DNA of 48,545 bases, taken from an uncultured Nitrososphaerota archaeon. Its GTDB lineage: Archaea; Korarchaeota; Korarchaeia; Korarchaeales; Korarchaeaceae. The position numbers and the translations under genes are program-made. The stretch is from contig CAZQNA010000010.1 in assembly GCA_964594835.1 (NCBI GenBank), positions 1-48,545 on the forward strand. Reading direction: 5' to 3'. Below the pieces are notes generated by a model. The model was not told the DNA's origin and made no database searches. It was given only the letters and a program-made list of their open reading frames with translations. Below, piece by piece: positions 1 to 7,879 of this stretch (position 1 is the stretch's first letter; each line of letters opens with the position of its first letter).

Positions 1-828
1 GAGCACCCGGAACTCGCGGAGACCTACAGGGTCGCGAGGAGGGAGGCGCCGGACATCCCTCTCATAGCCAACATCGGGGCAACGCACGTGGCAGGGGACT
101 CGGGCCTTAGAAACGTGCAAGAGGTCGCATCCATGATCGAGGCCGACGCGGTGGCGGTCCACCTGAACGCCCTTCAGGAGGTCGTCCAGCCCGAGGGGGA
201 CCCCGAGTACGCTGCCGTCCTGCCCGCCCTCAGGGACCTGGTCGGTGAGGCTGGAGTCCCGATCATCGTGAAGGAGACTGGGACCGGGATATCGGGCCAG
301 ATGGCGAGGGCCCTGGAGAGGGCGGGCGTCTACGCGATCGACGTGGGAGGCGCGGGCGGGACCCACTGGGCTATCGTAGAGGGGATGAGATATCCCGAGG
401 GCCACAAGCTGGCCCCCTCGCCCTTCGTCTTCGCCTCCTGGGGGATACCCACCCCGGCGACCGTGGCCGAGGTCTCGGCCCTGACTTCCAGAGTGAGGGT
501 TATAGGCTCGGGAGGGATTCGCAGCGGGGTCGACGCGGCCAAGGTAATTGCCCTTGGAGCTCACATGGCGGGCGCCGCCCTCCCGTTCCTCAGGGCCTTC
601 TACAGGGGAGGGAGGGCGTCAATCCGAGAAGCCGTGGAGAGGCTCATCACGGAACTCAGGTGGGCGCTCTTCCTCACCGGCTGCAGGACTCCGGCGGAGC
701 TGAGGCTGAGGGCGGGCCCCGTTGTCACGGGAAACCTCCTCCAGTGGCTTCAGCAGAGGCTGGGCCACGGGTGGCAAGTTTATAAACCGAGGACAAAGTC
801 GCCTCGATGGCTCGTAGGGTGGGGATGA
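1..828 (+). CDS. fni: Type 2 isopentenyl-diphosphate delta-isomerase (5' truncated by window edge)
   Basis: Frame is open from base 1 (EHPELAETYRVARREAPDIPLIANIG...); motifs HLNALQEVVQPEGD, IVKETGTG, DVGGAGGT, WGIPT, SGGIRSG are typical of IDI-2. Confidence 0.95.
   Translation, partial: EHPELAETYRVARREAPDIPLIANIGATHVAGDSGLRNVQEVASMIEADAVAVHLNALQEVVQPEGDPEYAAVLPALRDLVGEAGVPIIVKETGTGISGQMARALERAGVYAIDVGGAGGTHWAIVEGMRYPEGHKLAPSPFVFASWGIPTPATVAEVSALTSRVRVIGSGGIRSGVDAAKVIALGAHMAGAALPFLRAFYRGGRASIREAVERLITELRWALFLTGCRTPAELRLRAGPVVTGNLLQWLQQRLGHGWQVYKPRTKSPRWLVGWG
778..787 (+). promoter_or_regulatory. TATA box for rpl7ae, inside the 3' end of fni
   Basis: GTTTATAAA ~45 nt upstream of the rpl7ae ATG in an otherwise GC-rich context. 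Confidence 0.6.
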
Positions 829-831
829 AGG

Positions 832-1224
832 ATGACCGCTGGAGACAAACCCTTCTACGTGAAGTTTGAGACCCCTGAGGACCTGGTTCCCAAGATATAC
901 GAACTCATAGAGCTCGCCAGGACGACCGGAGGAAAGATCAGGAAGGGAGTGAATGAGACCACTAAGTCCATCGAGAGGGGGGAGGCCGTGTTCGTGGTAG
1001 TGGCGGAGGATGTGGACCCGCCGGAGATAGTGGCCCACATACCCCTCCTGTGCGACGAGAAGAACGTCCCATACGCGTACGTTCCCAGCAAGGCGGAACT
1101 CGGCAAGGCGGCGGGGATCGAGGTCGCCTCCTCCTCCGTCGCGGTGGTCGATCCGGGCCAGGCCAAGAGCCTCATGGAGGCCCTCGTCGGGAAGATAGAG
1201 GAGGTCAAGAAGGCTTCCTCGTAG
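832..1224 (+). CDS. rpl7ae: 50S ribosomal protein L7Ae
   Basis: [50 protein letters not shown]. Confidence 0.98.
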   Translation: MTAGDKPFYVKFETPEDLVPKIYELIELARTTGGKIRKGVNETTKSIERGEAVFVVVAEDVDPPEIVAHIPLLCDEKNVPYAYVPSKAELGKAAGIEVASSSVAVVDPGQAKSLMEALVGKIEEVKKASS

Positions 1225-1290
1225 GCCTTCTCCTCTCGCGGAGGGATTAATATACCCCTGCTCGCCTGAGACGGACGGGAGGTTGGTGAA

Positions 1291-1509
1291 TTGTCCTCCG
1301 AGCAGGACAGGGCTTACCCGGCTGAGGTCGTGGAGATAATCGGGAGGACCGGGGTCGCCGGCGACGTGATCCAGGTCAGGGCCAAGGTCCTCGCCGGGAA
1401 GGACAGGGGGAGGGTGTTGACCAGAAACGTCAAGGGCCCGGTGAGGCTTGGCGACATCCTCCTGCTGCGGGAGACCGAGATGGAGGCCCGCAAGCTCAAG
1501 CCCAGGTGA
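1291..1509 (+). CDS. rps28e: 30S ribosomal protein S28e
   Basis: [15 protein letters not shown]...[25 protein letters not shown]; TTG start after GGAGG; own TATA (TTAATATA ~1247). Confidence 0.97.
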   Translation: MSSEQDRAYPAEVVEIIGRTGVAGDVIQVRAKVLAGKDRGRVLTRNVKGPVRLGDILLLRETEMEARKLKPR

Positions 1510-1523
1510 TATGAGGCGAGGGG

Positions 1524-1757
1524 ATGCGGTTGAGCAGGGCAGCTTACAGGGCGCTGAAGACCTGCAAGTTCTGCGGGGCCGAGATAGGGCCCGGGAAGGG
1601 CTGGATGTACGTGCTGGCCGACGGGACGATCTGGTACTTCTGCTCCTCCAAGTGCGCGAAGAACATGCTCCGCCTGGGCAGGAAGCCTGAGAGGGTAAGG
1701 TGGACTGCCAAGGCAATGGAGCTCAAGCAGAAGAGGAGACTCGGCCAGAATGTCTGA
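1524..1757 (+). CDS. rpl24e: 50S ribosomal protein L24e
   Basis: CKFCG..IGPGKG.MYV..DG....FCSSKC, LGRKPERVRWT. Confidence 0.97.
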   Translation: MRLSRAAYRALKTCKFCGAEIGPGKGWMYVLADGTIWYFCSSKCAKNMLRLGRKPERVRWTAKAMELKQKRRLGQNV

Positions 1758-3534
1758 GGAGCGGCACCCGAGGTATCGCCAGCCGCTGGTGGCCGTCCTG
1801 GGCCACGTCGACTCGGGAAAGACTACCCTGTTGGACTACATCAGGAAGACGCGCGTGGCCGCCAAGGAGCCGGGCTCGATAACGCAGCACGTCGGTGCTT
1901 CCGAGGTCCCCGCAGACGTCGTTGAGAGGGTCTGCGAGCCCGTCTTCAAGGCGCTCGGCGTTCGATTTGAGCTCATGACCAAGGGCCTCCTCTTCATAGA
2001 CCTCCCCGGACACGAGGTGTTCTCCAACCTCAGGAGGAGGGGGGGATCCGTAGCCGACGTCGCCATACTCGTCGTGGACATAATGGGAGGGGTCCAGCCG
2101 CAGACCGTCGAGTCGATAAACATACTCAGGGAGAGGAAGACCCCCTTCGTCATCGCCCTCAACAAGATCGATCTCATAGCCGGGTGGAAGAGCAGGCCCG
2201 GCTCGCCCTTCATAGAGTCCATTAGGGAGCAGCCCCCCAGGGCGGTCTCCGAGTTTGAGCGGAGGTTCTACACTATACTGGGTCAGCTCTCAGAGCACGG
2301 AATCAACGCCGACCGCTACGACAGGATCACCGACTTCACGCGGACCTTCGCCGTCGTACCCACCAGCGCCACCACGGGGGAGGGGGTCCCCGACCTCCTG
2401 GCCATCCTGCTGGGCCTAGTTCAGAGGTACATGCTCGACAGGCTGGAGGTGACCTCGGAGGAGGGCAGGGGCGTGGTGCTGGAGGTCAAGACGGTTCACG
2501 GCCTCGGAACGGTAATCACGGCGATCATATACGATGGAGAGCTGAGAGAGGGAGACACAATCGTGCTTGCGGGCCTCGGTGGCCCCATCGTCACTAGGGT
2601 CCGCGCGCTCTTCCGCCCGCGGCCCCTGGACGAGATGAGGGCGCCCGGGGCGAAGTTCCAGAGGGTGCCCGCGGCCAGCGCTGCGGCGGGCGTGATGGTC
2701 TCCGCGGTCGACCTGGAGGGGGCAATAGCAGGCTCTCCGCTGATCGTGGTTAGAGAGCGGGAGAGGCTCGACGAGGCCGTCAAGGCCGTGGAGGAGGAAG
2801 TGGAGGCCATCCTGATCAAGACCGACAAGGTTGGCGTTATAGCCAAGGCCGACACCCTGGGGACCCTCGAGGCCCTGGTCTCCCACCTCCGGACGAAGGG
2901 CATCCCCGTCAGGAGGGCCGACATAGGGCCCGTGACGAAGACGGACGTCTTCGAGGCCCACGCAATGAAGTCCGACGATCCGAAGTACGCCGTCGTGATA
3001 GCGTTCAACGTGAAGGTCACGGAGGAGGCGGAGCAGGAGGCCAAGAGCAGGGGAGTCAGGATATTCCACGACGTGATCATCTACCAGCTCATAGAGAAGT
3101 TCGAGTCCTACCTGGAGGAGCTCAAGAGGAAGGAGATAGAGGAACTCCTGTCGAGCGTGGTATATCCGGCGGAGATCCAGGTCCTACCAGACTACATCTT
3201 CCGGAGGAGCGATCCCGCCATAGTCGGGGTGGAGGTCCTCAGGGGGAAGATCCGGCCCGGCTACCCGCTCGTCAACGAGTCGGGGAGGAGGGTTGGGATC
3301 ATTCAGGACATTCAGGACAGGGGAACGAGGCTGCCGGAGGCTAAGGCGGGGGACAGGGTGGCGGTCTCGATAAAGGGAGGGGTGGTGGGCAGGAACGTGA
3401 AGCCGGGCAGGACGCTATACACCGAGGTGTTCGACGTCTACGACCCCAAGAAGAGATCCATGTTCTTCGCGATGCTCTCCGAGGAGGAGAAGGAGCTCTA
3501 CAGGAGGATACTCGCCTTGAGGAGGAGGCGGTGA
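1750..3534 (+). CDS. infB: Translation initiation factor aIF5B (IF-2)
   Basis: RQPLVAVLGHVDSGKTT, ITQHVGA, DLPGHE, NKID, KADTLGTLEAL, IFRRSDPAIVGV. Confidence 0.98.
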   Translation: MSEERHPRYRQPLVAVLGHVDSGKTTLLDYIRKTRVAAKEPGSITQHVGASEVPADVVERVCEPVFKALGVRFELMTKGLLFIDLPGHEVFSNLRRRGGSVADVAILVVDIMGGVQPQTVESINILRERKTPFVIALNKIDLIAGWKSRPGSPFIESIREQPPRAVSEFERRFYTILGQLSEHGINADRYDRITDFTRTFAVVPTSATTGEGVPDLLAILLGLVQRYMLDRLEVTSEEGRGVVLEVKTVHGLGTVITAIIYDGELREGDTIVLAGLGGPIVTRVRALFRPRPLDEMRAPGAKFQRVPAASAAAGVMVSAVDLEGAIAGSPLIVVRERERLDEAVKAVEEEVEAILIKTDKVGVIAKADTLGTLEALVSHLRTKGIPVRRADIGPVTKTDVFEAHAMKSDDPKYAVVIAFNVKVTEEAEQEAKSRGVRIFHDVIIYQLIEKFESYLEELKRKEIEELLSSVVYPAEIQVLPDYIFRRSDPAIVGVEVLRGKIRPGYPLVNESGRRVGIIQDIQDRGTRLPEAKAGDRVAVSIKGGVVGRNVKPGRTLYTEVFDVYDPKKRSMFFAMLSEEEKELYRRILALRRRR

Positions 3535-3588
3535 GGGTGAGCTTTATTTTGCTGGCCCGCGATCTCGCGTGACGAGGAGGTGTAGCGT

Positions 3589-4011
3589 TTGTACGTGAGA
3601 AAGAGGAAGGAGGAGAACGTAATAGTCTTCGACATAGCTGATCCCGAGACCGGGAGGACGTATCACTTCCAGGTCCCGGAGGAGAGGCTGGTCCCCCTGA
3701 TGGGGAAGAGGATAGGCGAGACCGTCCACGGGGACGCCATCGGGTTCCCCGGGTACACCTTCAAGATCACGGGAGGGACCGACAGGGACGGCTTCCCGAT
3801 GCACCCCGGTCTGCAGGGTCCCGCCAAGAGGAGGGCCCTTCTCTCCGGCCCACCGGGCTTTCACCCATCCAGGGAGGGTGAGAGGAGGGCCAAGACCGTC
3901 CGGGGGAACGTTATCTCCGAGTTCACCAAGCAGATTAACCTCAAGGTGGTGGAGAGGGGCGCCACCCCGCTGGAGGAGTACCTCCCGAAGGAGGAGGCCG
4001 CGGCCGAGTGA
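3589..4011 (+). CDS. rps6e: 30S ribosomal protein S6e
   Basis: LMGKRIGE, KITGGTDRDGFPM, LLSGPPGF, GERRAKTVRGN; conserved infB-rps6e-eif2g order. Confidence 0.97.
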   Translation: MYVRKRKEENVIVFDIADPETGRTYHFQVPEERLVPLMGKRIGETVHGDAIGFPGYTFKITGGTDRDGFPMHPGLQGPAKRRALLSGPPGFHPSREGERRAKTVRGNVISEFTKQINLKVVERGATPLEEYLPKEEAAAE

Positions 4012-4031
4012 CGTCTTGAGAGGGGATCCTC

Positions 4032-5303
4032 TTGGCCGAGAGGGGGCCGGACGGGGAGCCGCTTCAGCCTGAGATGAACGTCGGGACCGCTGGCCACGTG
4101 GACCACGGGAAGTCCACCCTGGTCCAGGCCCTGACCGGGATATGGCCGGAGCGGCACAGCGAGGAGCTCAAGAGGGGCATCACGATAAAGCTTGGATATG
4201 CCAACGCGGACCTCCGAAAGTGCCCGAGCTGCGACGATGACCCGTCGTGCTACACCACCTCCAGGGAGTGCCCCCTCCATCCCGGCGAGAGAACGGTCCT
4301 CATGAGGAAGATCTCGCTGGTGGACTGTCCGGGGCACGACACCCTCATGGCCACCATGCTCGCCGGCTCCACACTCATGGACGCGGCCCTCCTCGTGATC
4401 GCGGCCAACGAGGACGTGCCTCAGCCTCAGACCAGGGAGCACCTGGCGGCCCTCAAGATCATGGGGGTCACGCAGATAATCGCGGTTCAGACGAAGATAG
4501 AGCTCGTGGATGACGATAAGGCGGTGGAGAACTACGAGAAGATAGTGGAGTACCTCCGGGAGAGCCTGGGGGAGGCCCCTCCCGTCATACCGGTGTCCGC
4601 CATCAACGGGGTGAACGTGGACTACCTCATCCGAGAGATGGTGAGGAGGTTCACCCCGCCAGAGAGGGACCTGGCGAAGCCCCCCCGCATGTACGTCGCC
4701 AGGTCCTTCGACGTCAACAAGCCGGGCACGAGGCCGGAGAGACTGATCGGGGGGGTACTTGGCGGGACCATAGTCCAGGGCAAGTTCTCGGTGGGGGATG
4801 AGATAGAGCTCAGGCCGGGGATCTACGCCGGCGGCAAGTTCATCCCCATAACCACGGAGATAGTGAGCCTGAGGAGCGAGGAGACCGAGCTCCACTACGC
4901 GATAGCCGGAGGGCTGATCGGCGTGGGGACGAAGCTCGATCCAGCCCTGACGAAGGCGGACAACATGGTCGGAAACGTGGTGGGCCTGCCGGGCGAGCTA
5001 CCACCGACGTGGCAGGAGCTGGACATCAGGGCCAAGTTTCTCGAGAGGATAGTGGGCCTCCGGGAGGAGATCAAGGCCCGAAGGCCCAAGCAGAAGGAGC
5101 TCATCACGCTCAACGTGGGGACCGCCACTGTGCCGGCGATCGTCAGGGCGATAGATCCCGAGGACAACCTCAGGGTCCTGTTGAGGATCCCCGTGTGCGC
5201 CGAGCCGGGGCAGAGGCTGGCGATCTCGATGAGGATAGGGGGCAGGTGGAGGCTCGTCGGGTACGGGTTCATCGAGGGAGGCTCCGAGTACAGGGGCGGC
5301 TGA
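4032..5303 (+). CDS. eif2g: Translation initiation factor aIF2 gamma subunit
   Basis: QPEMNVGTAGHVDHGKST, HSEELKRGITIKLGYA, DCPGH, RSFDVNKPG, RWRLVGYG. Confidence 0.98.
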   Translation: MAERGPDGEPLQPEMNVGTAGHVDHGKSTLVQALTGIWPERHSEELKRGITIKLGYANADLRKCPSCDDDPSCYTTSRECPLHPGERTVLMRKISLVDCPGHDTLMATMLAGSTLMDAALLVIAANEDVPQPQTREHLAALKIMGVTQIIAVQTKIELVDDDKAVENYEKIVEYLRESLGEAPPVIPVSAINGVNVDYLIREMVRRFTPPERDLAKPPRMYVARSFDVNKPGTRPERLIGGVLGGTIVQGKFSVGDEIELRPGIYAGGKFIPITTEIVSLRSEETELHYAIAGGLIGVGTKLDPALTKADNMVGNVVGLPGELPPTWQELDIRAKFLERIVGLREEIKARRPKQKELITLNVGTATVPAIVRAIDPEDNLRVLLRIPVCAEPGQRLAISMRIGGRWRLVGYGFIEGGSEYRGG

Positions 5304-5346
5304 GCCAGGCAAAGAGATATAATGGGGGGAGCCCCCGGACCGTGGA

Positions 5347-5441
5347 GCGGCCGTGGTCTAGCCTGGACCAGGATGGGGGCCCTCCACGCCCCTTGGCGGG
5401 GACAGCCCCAGACCCGGGTTCAAATCCCGGCGGCCGCACCA
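5347..5441 (+). tRNA. tRNA-Gly(UCC) with 17-nt intron at 37/38 (intron 5387-5403)
   Basis: Acceptor GCGGCCG/CGGCCGC-A-CCA; D arm GTCT/GGAT; anticodon stem GGGGC/GCCCC; T arm CCGGG-TTCAAAT-CCCGG. Bulge-helix-bulge: CCTC pairs with GGGG, bulges CA|C and AC|A, intron hairpin GCC-CCTT-GGC. Upstream AAAGAGATATAAT promoter-like element. Confidence 0.9.
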
Positions 5442-5447
5442 TATCAC

Positions 5448-5825
5448 ATGGACCGCAACTCCTTAATGGAGGACCACGCCGATCCTCCCGCCATGTCCGA
5501 TGTCGAGGGGGTTCCACTTGAGGCTAGGGAGCGCCTCCGCGAGGCCGCAAAGGAGGTGGCCAGGGCCAACGGTCTGACGCAGGAGAAGGCGTTGGAGCTC
5601 GTGGCTGATCTGGCGGTGGCCTTTGTGGACGGCATAACCCAGTCCTCCAGATTCGCCGACCTCGAGGAGGAGTGGATGAGGGTCGCCGCGGCCGCCAAGC
5701 GGCCTCCAAATTGCAGATCCCCCTGCGCCTTCTCAGACGGCTTGGAACACGTGCTCAAGGTCAGGTACCGGTTCATGGACATGCACTACCTCCTGGCACT
5801 CAGGGGGGGCTCTAAGAGAGCCTGA
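5448..5825 (+). CDS. Hypothetical protein between two tRNA genes (start uncertain: 5448, 5466 or later)
   Basis: Amphipathic helical sequence with host-like codons filling the gap; the 5322 start in the ORF track overlaps the tRNA and is not used. Confidence 0.6.
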   Translation: MDRNSLMEDHADPPAMSDVEGVPLEARERLREAAKEVARANGLTQEKALELVADLAVAFVDGITQSSRFADLEEEWMRVAAAAKRPPNCRSPCAFSDGLEHVLKVRYRFMDMHYLLALRGGSKRA

Positions 5826-5874
5826 GGCCGCCCCGTGAAGCTTTAAATATCCCGAGGCTCGCCTCACAACCGGC

Positions 5875-5951
5875 GCCCCGGTAGCTCAGCCCGGCGGAGC
5901 ACCGCCTTGGTAAGGCGGGGGTCGCGGGTTCGAATCCCGCCCGGGGCTCCA
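5875..5951 (+). tRNA. tRNA-Thr(GGU)
   Basis: GCCCCGG/CCGGGGC-T-CCA acceptor; anticodon arm CCGCC-TTGGTAA-GGCGG; T loop TTCGAAT; TTTAAATA box at ~5842-5849. Confidence 0.97.
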
Positions 5952-6025
5952 CCCTGCCAACCCGGATCGACCTGTTCACCGTTTTAATACTCGGTAGTCC
6001 CGTTCCCCGGAGGCGATAGGAGACG

Positions 6026-6634
6026 GTGTTGGCCACCGCACTGGGACTGAAGTTCAAGGGGGGCGTTGTGCTAGCGGCGGATAGGAGGGTTTCCTACGGG
6101 ACCTTCGTCCTGAGCAGGGCCGCCAGAAAAGTGTTCCCGGTAAACGACAGGGTCGGAGTCGCGTTCGCGGGGGTCCCTGCGGACATGCAAGAGCTCTACG
6201 ACTCCCTGGTCTACAACGTCAGGATATTCGAGATGGACGAGGGGAGGAGGGCCACCCCGGTCAACGTAGCCCGCCTCCTCTCCATACTACTCTACAGCGG
6301 CAGGTTCACGCGGTTTTTCCTGGCTGAGGTCGTGGTCGGGGGCCTCTCCCCCGAAGGCCCCAAGATAGTCTCGGTCGACGCAGCCGGGGGGATGCTGGAG
6401 GACGACTTCGCGGCGGAGGGCACGGGAGCCCAGCTCGCCACCGGGATCTTGGAGAGAGAGTTCAAGAAGGATATGAGCGAGTCGGAGGCGGTGGAACTCG
6501 CCAAGAGGGCCATGATGGCGGCCATTGAGCGAGATGCCATGTCTGGCGACGGGATCGACGTTCTGGTGATCTCCGAGGGGGGCGTCAGGGAGGAGTTCGT
6601 TCCCGTGAGGGCCGCCTGGAAGGCTCGGCCCTGA
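6026..6634 (+). CDS. psmB: Proteasome beta subunit, probably the non-catalytic paralogue
   Basis: ATALGLKFKGGVVLAADRR, AIERDAMSGDGIDV; Ala sits at the position of the Thr1 nucleophile and there is no propeptide. Confidence 0.93.
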   Translation: MLATALGLKFKGGVVLAADRRVSYGTFVLSRAARKVFPVNDRVGVAFAGVPADMQELYDSLVYNVRIFEMDEGRRATPVNVARLLSILLYSGRFTRFFLAEVVVGGLSPEGPKIVSVDAAGGMLEDDFAAEGTGAQLATGILEREFKKDMSESEAVELAKRAMMAAIERDAMSGDGIDVLVISEGGVREEFVPVRAAWKARP

Positions 6635-6679
6635 TCTCTCTCAAGACTATTTATCCAATCCTCAGACAAGGTGTAGGGG

Positions 6680-7846
6680 ATGACCCCCAGCCCGCGCGTG
6701 GACCCCGAGTCCCTCAAGAGGACTCTGCTGGACCTCGTGTCCATAAAGAGCTACAGTGGGGACGAGGGGCAGATAGCCGACTACCTCATCGACAGGCTGT
6801 CCTCGGTGGCGGACAGGGTGGAGCACCAGCCCGTCTCAGACTGCGGGGGGAACGTCATAGCGCACTTTGGGGACACGACCGGCGAGAAGGTGATCCTCCT
6901 GGCCCACATGGACACCACGGAGGTATTCGCTGGCTGGACGCGGAGCCCGTGGGGCGAGGTGGAGGACGATCGGGTGTACGGGTTGGGATCCCTCGACGCC
7001 AAGTCCGCCCTCGCCGCCATGATCGAGGCCGTCCTGGCGATCGCCGAGAGTCGCGAGGGCACCGGGCTGGAGAGGGGAGTCCTGCTGGTCGCCGTGTCCG
7101 ACGAGGAGGGGTACAGCAGGGGCACCTACGAGTTCGTCAGGAGTGGGAAGGCGAACGGGGCTCTGGGGGCCGTTGTAGGATCGCCTACCGCTCTTAAGAT
7201 AGGGAGGGGCTCCTACGGCCGCCTGGTATTCGACGTCGAGGTTAGGGGGAAGGCCTCAACCGACATCGAGGAGGAGGGGATCAACGCGATCGTGGAGGCG
7301 GCCAAGCTCATCCTCTGGGCCGTAGGCTTCCCCGAGCAGAGGTCCTCGGGGGGCGGGTCCGTGGCTCCCCTGAGCATAAAGTCCAGGGAGACGATCATGG
7401 TGCACCCAGACCTGTGCATACTCAGGCTCGACCGCCACTACCCGCCGGGCGAGGAGGAGCAGTCGGCGAAGAGGAAGTTCCTGTCCTACCTGAAGCGCGT
7501 GAAGGGTCTCAGGGCGGATGTGAAGATCACCCCAATCAAGAGGCCGACCCCATTCCTCACGCCCTACGAGCTCCCGAACGACCACCCGTTTCTCAGAGCC
7601 TTCTCGGACGCCTACGGGGCGGCCCTGTCGGGGAGGTCCCCCGAGACCGTGGTGGTTCGGACCGTGAGCGACGCCAGTTACCTCTACAACCTGGCCGGAG
7701 TCCCGGCGATAATATTCGGCCCCTCTGGAGGCAACAGGCACTCCCCAGACGAGTACGTCCTCCTCGACTCCGTCGTCGACATGGCGAACGTCTTGGTTCA
7801 GCTGATCGCGTCCCTCCAGCGGGGGGTCAGCCCAGGCGGCGAGTAG
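6680..7846 (+). CDS. M20/ArgE-DapE family metallopeptidase or deacylase
   Basis: AHMDT, YGLGSLDAKS, SDEEG, GINAI, FGP..GNRHSPDEYV. Confidence 0.9.
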   Translation: MTPSPRVDPESLKRTLLDLVSIKSYSGDEGQIADYLIDRLSSVADRVEHQPVSDCGGNVIAHFGDTTGEKVILLAHMDTTEVFAGWTRSPWGEVEDDRVYGLGSLDAKSALAAMIEAVLAIAESREGTGLERGVLLVAVSDEEGYSRGTYEFVRSGKANGALGAVVGSPTALKIGRGSYGRLVFDVEVRGKASTDIEEEGINAIVEAAKLILWAVGFPEQRSSGGGSVAPLSIKSRETIMVHPDLCILRLDRHYPPGEEEQSAKRKFLSYLKRVKGLRADVKITPIKRPTPFLTPYELPNDHPFLRAFSDAYGAALSGRSPETVVVRTVSDASYLYNLAGVPAIIFGPSGGNRHSPDEYVLLDSVVDMANVLVQLIASLQRGVSPGGE

Positions 7847-7879
7847 CCGCCTCCGGTGGAGGAACGGGCGGTGAGTCGA

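Noticed and set aside
619-1716. 365-aa minus-strand ORF and the many other long antisense or alternate-frame ORFs (e.g. 27127-28614, 38782-40011, 39965-41890, 43837-44793)
   Set aside because: They shadow well-recognised genes; high GC and biased codon use suppress stops in other frames, and the translations lack recognisable motifs.
5376-5392. Reading the tRNA as Trp (CCA anticodon) or as intron-less with a long variable arm
   Set aside because: Stem register, acceptor identity and an ideal BHB at 37/38 support an intron-containing Gly(UCC).
5412-5435. Sequence shared with the reverse complement near 31530-31552, considered as an att repeat of an integrated element
   Set aside because: It is the conserved T arm and acceptor of two complete tRNA genes in opposite orientation; no integrase, and only core genes lie between them.
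5322-5447. N-terminal extension of the 167-aa ORF
   Set aside because: It runs through the tRNA-Gly gene; the real start must be at or after 5448.
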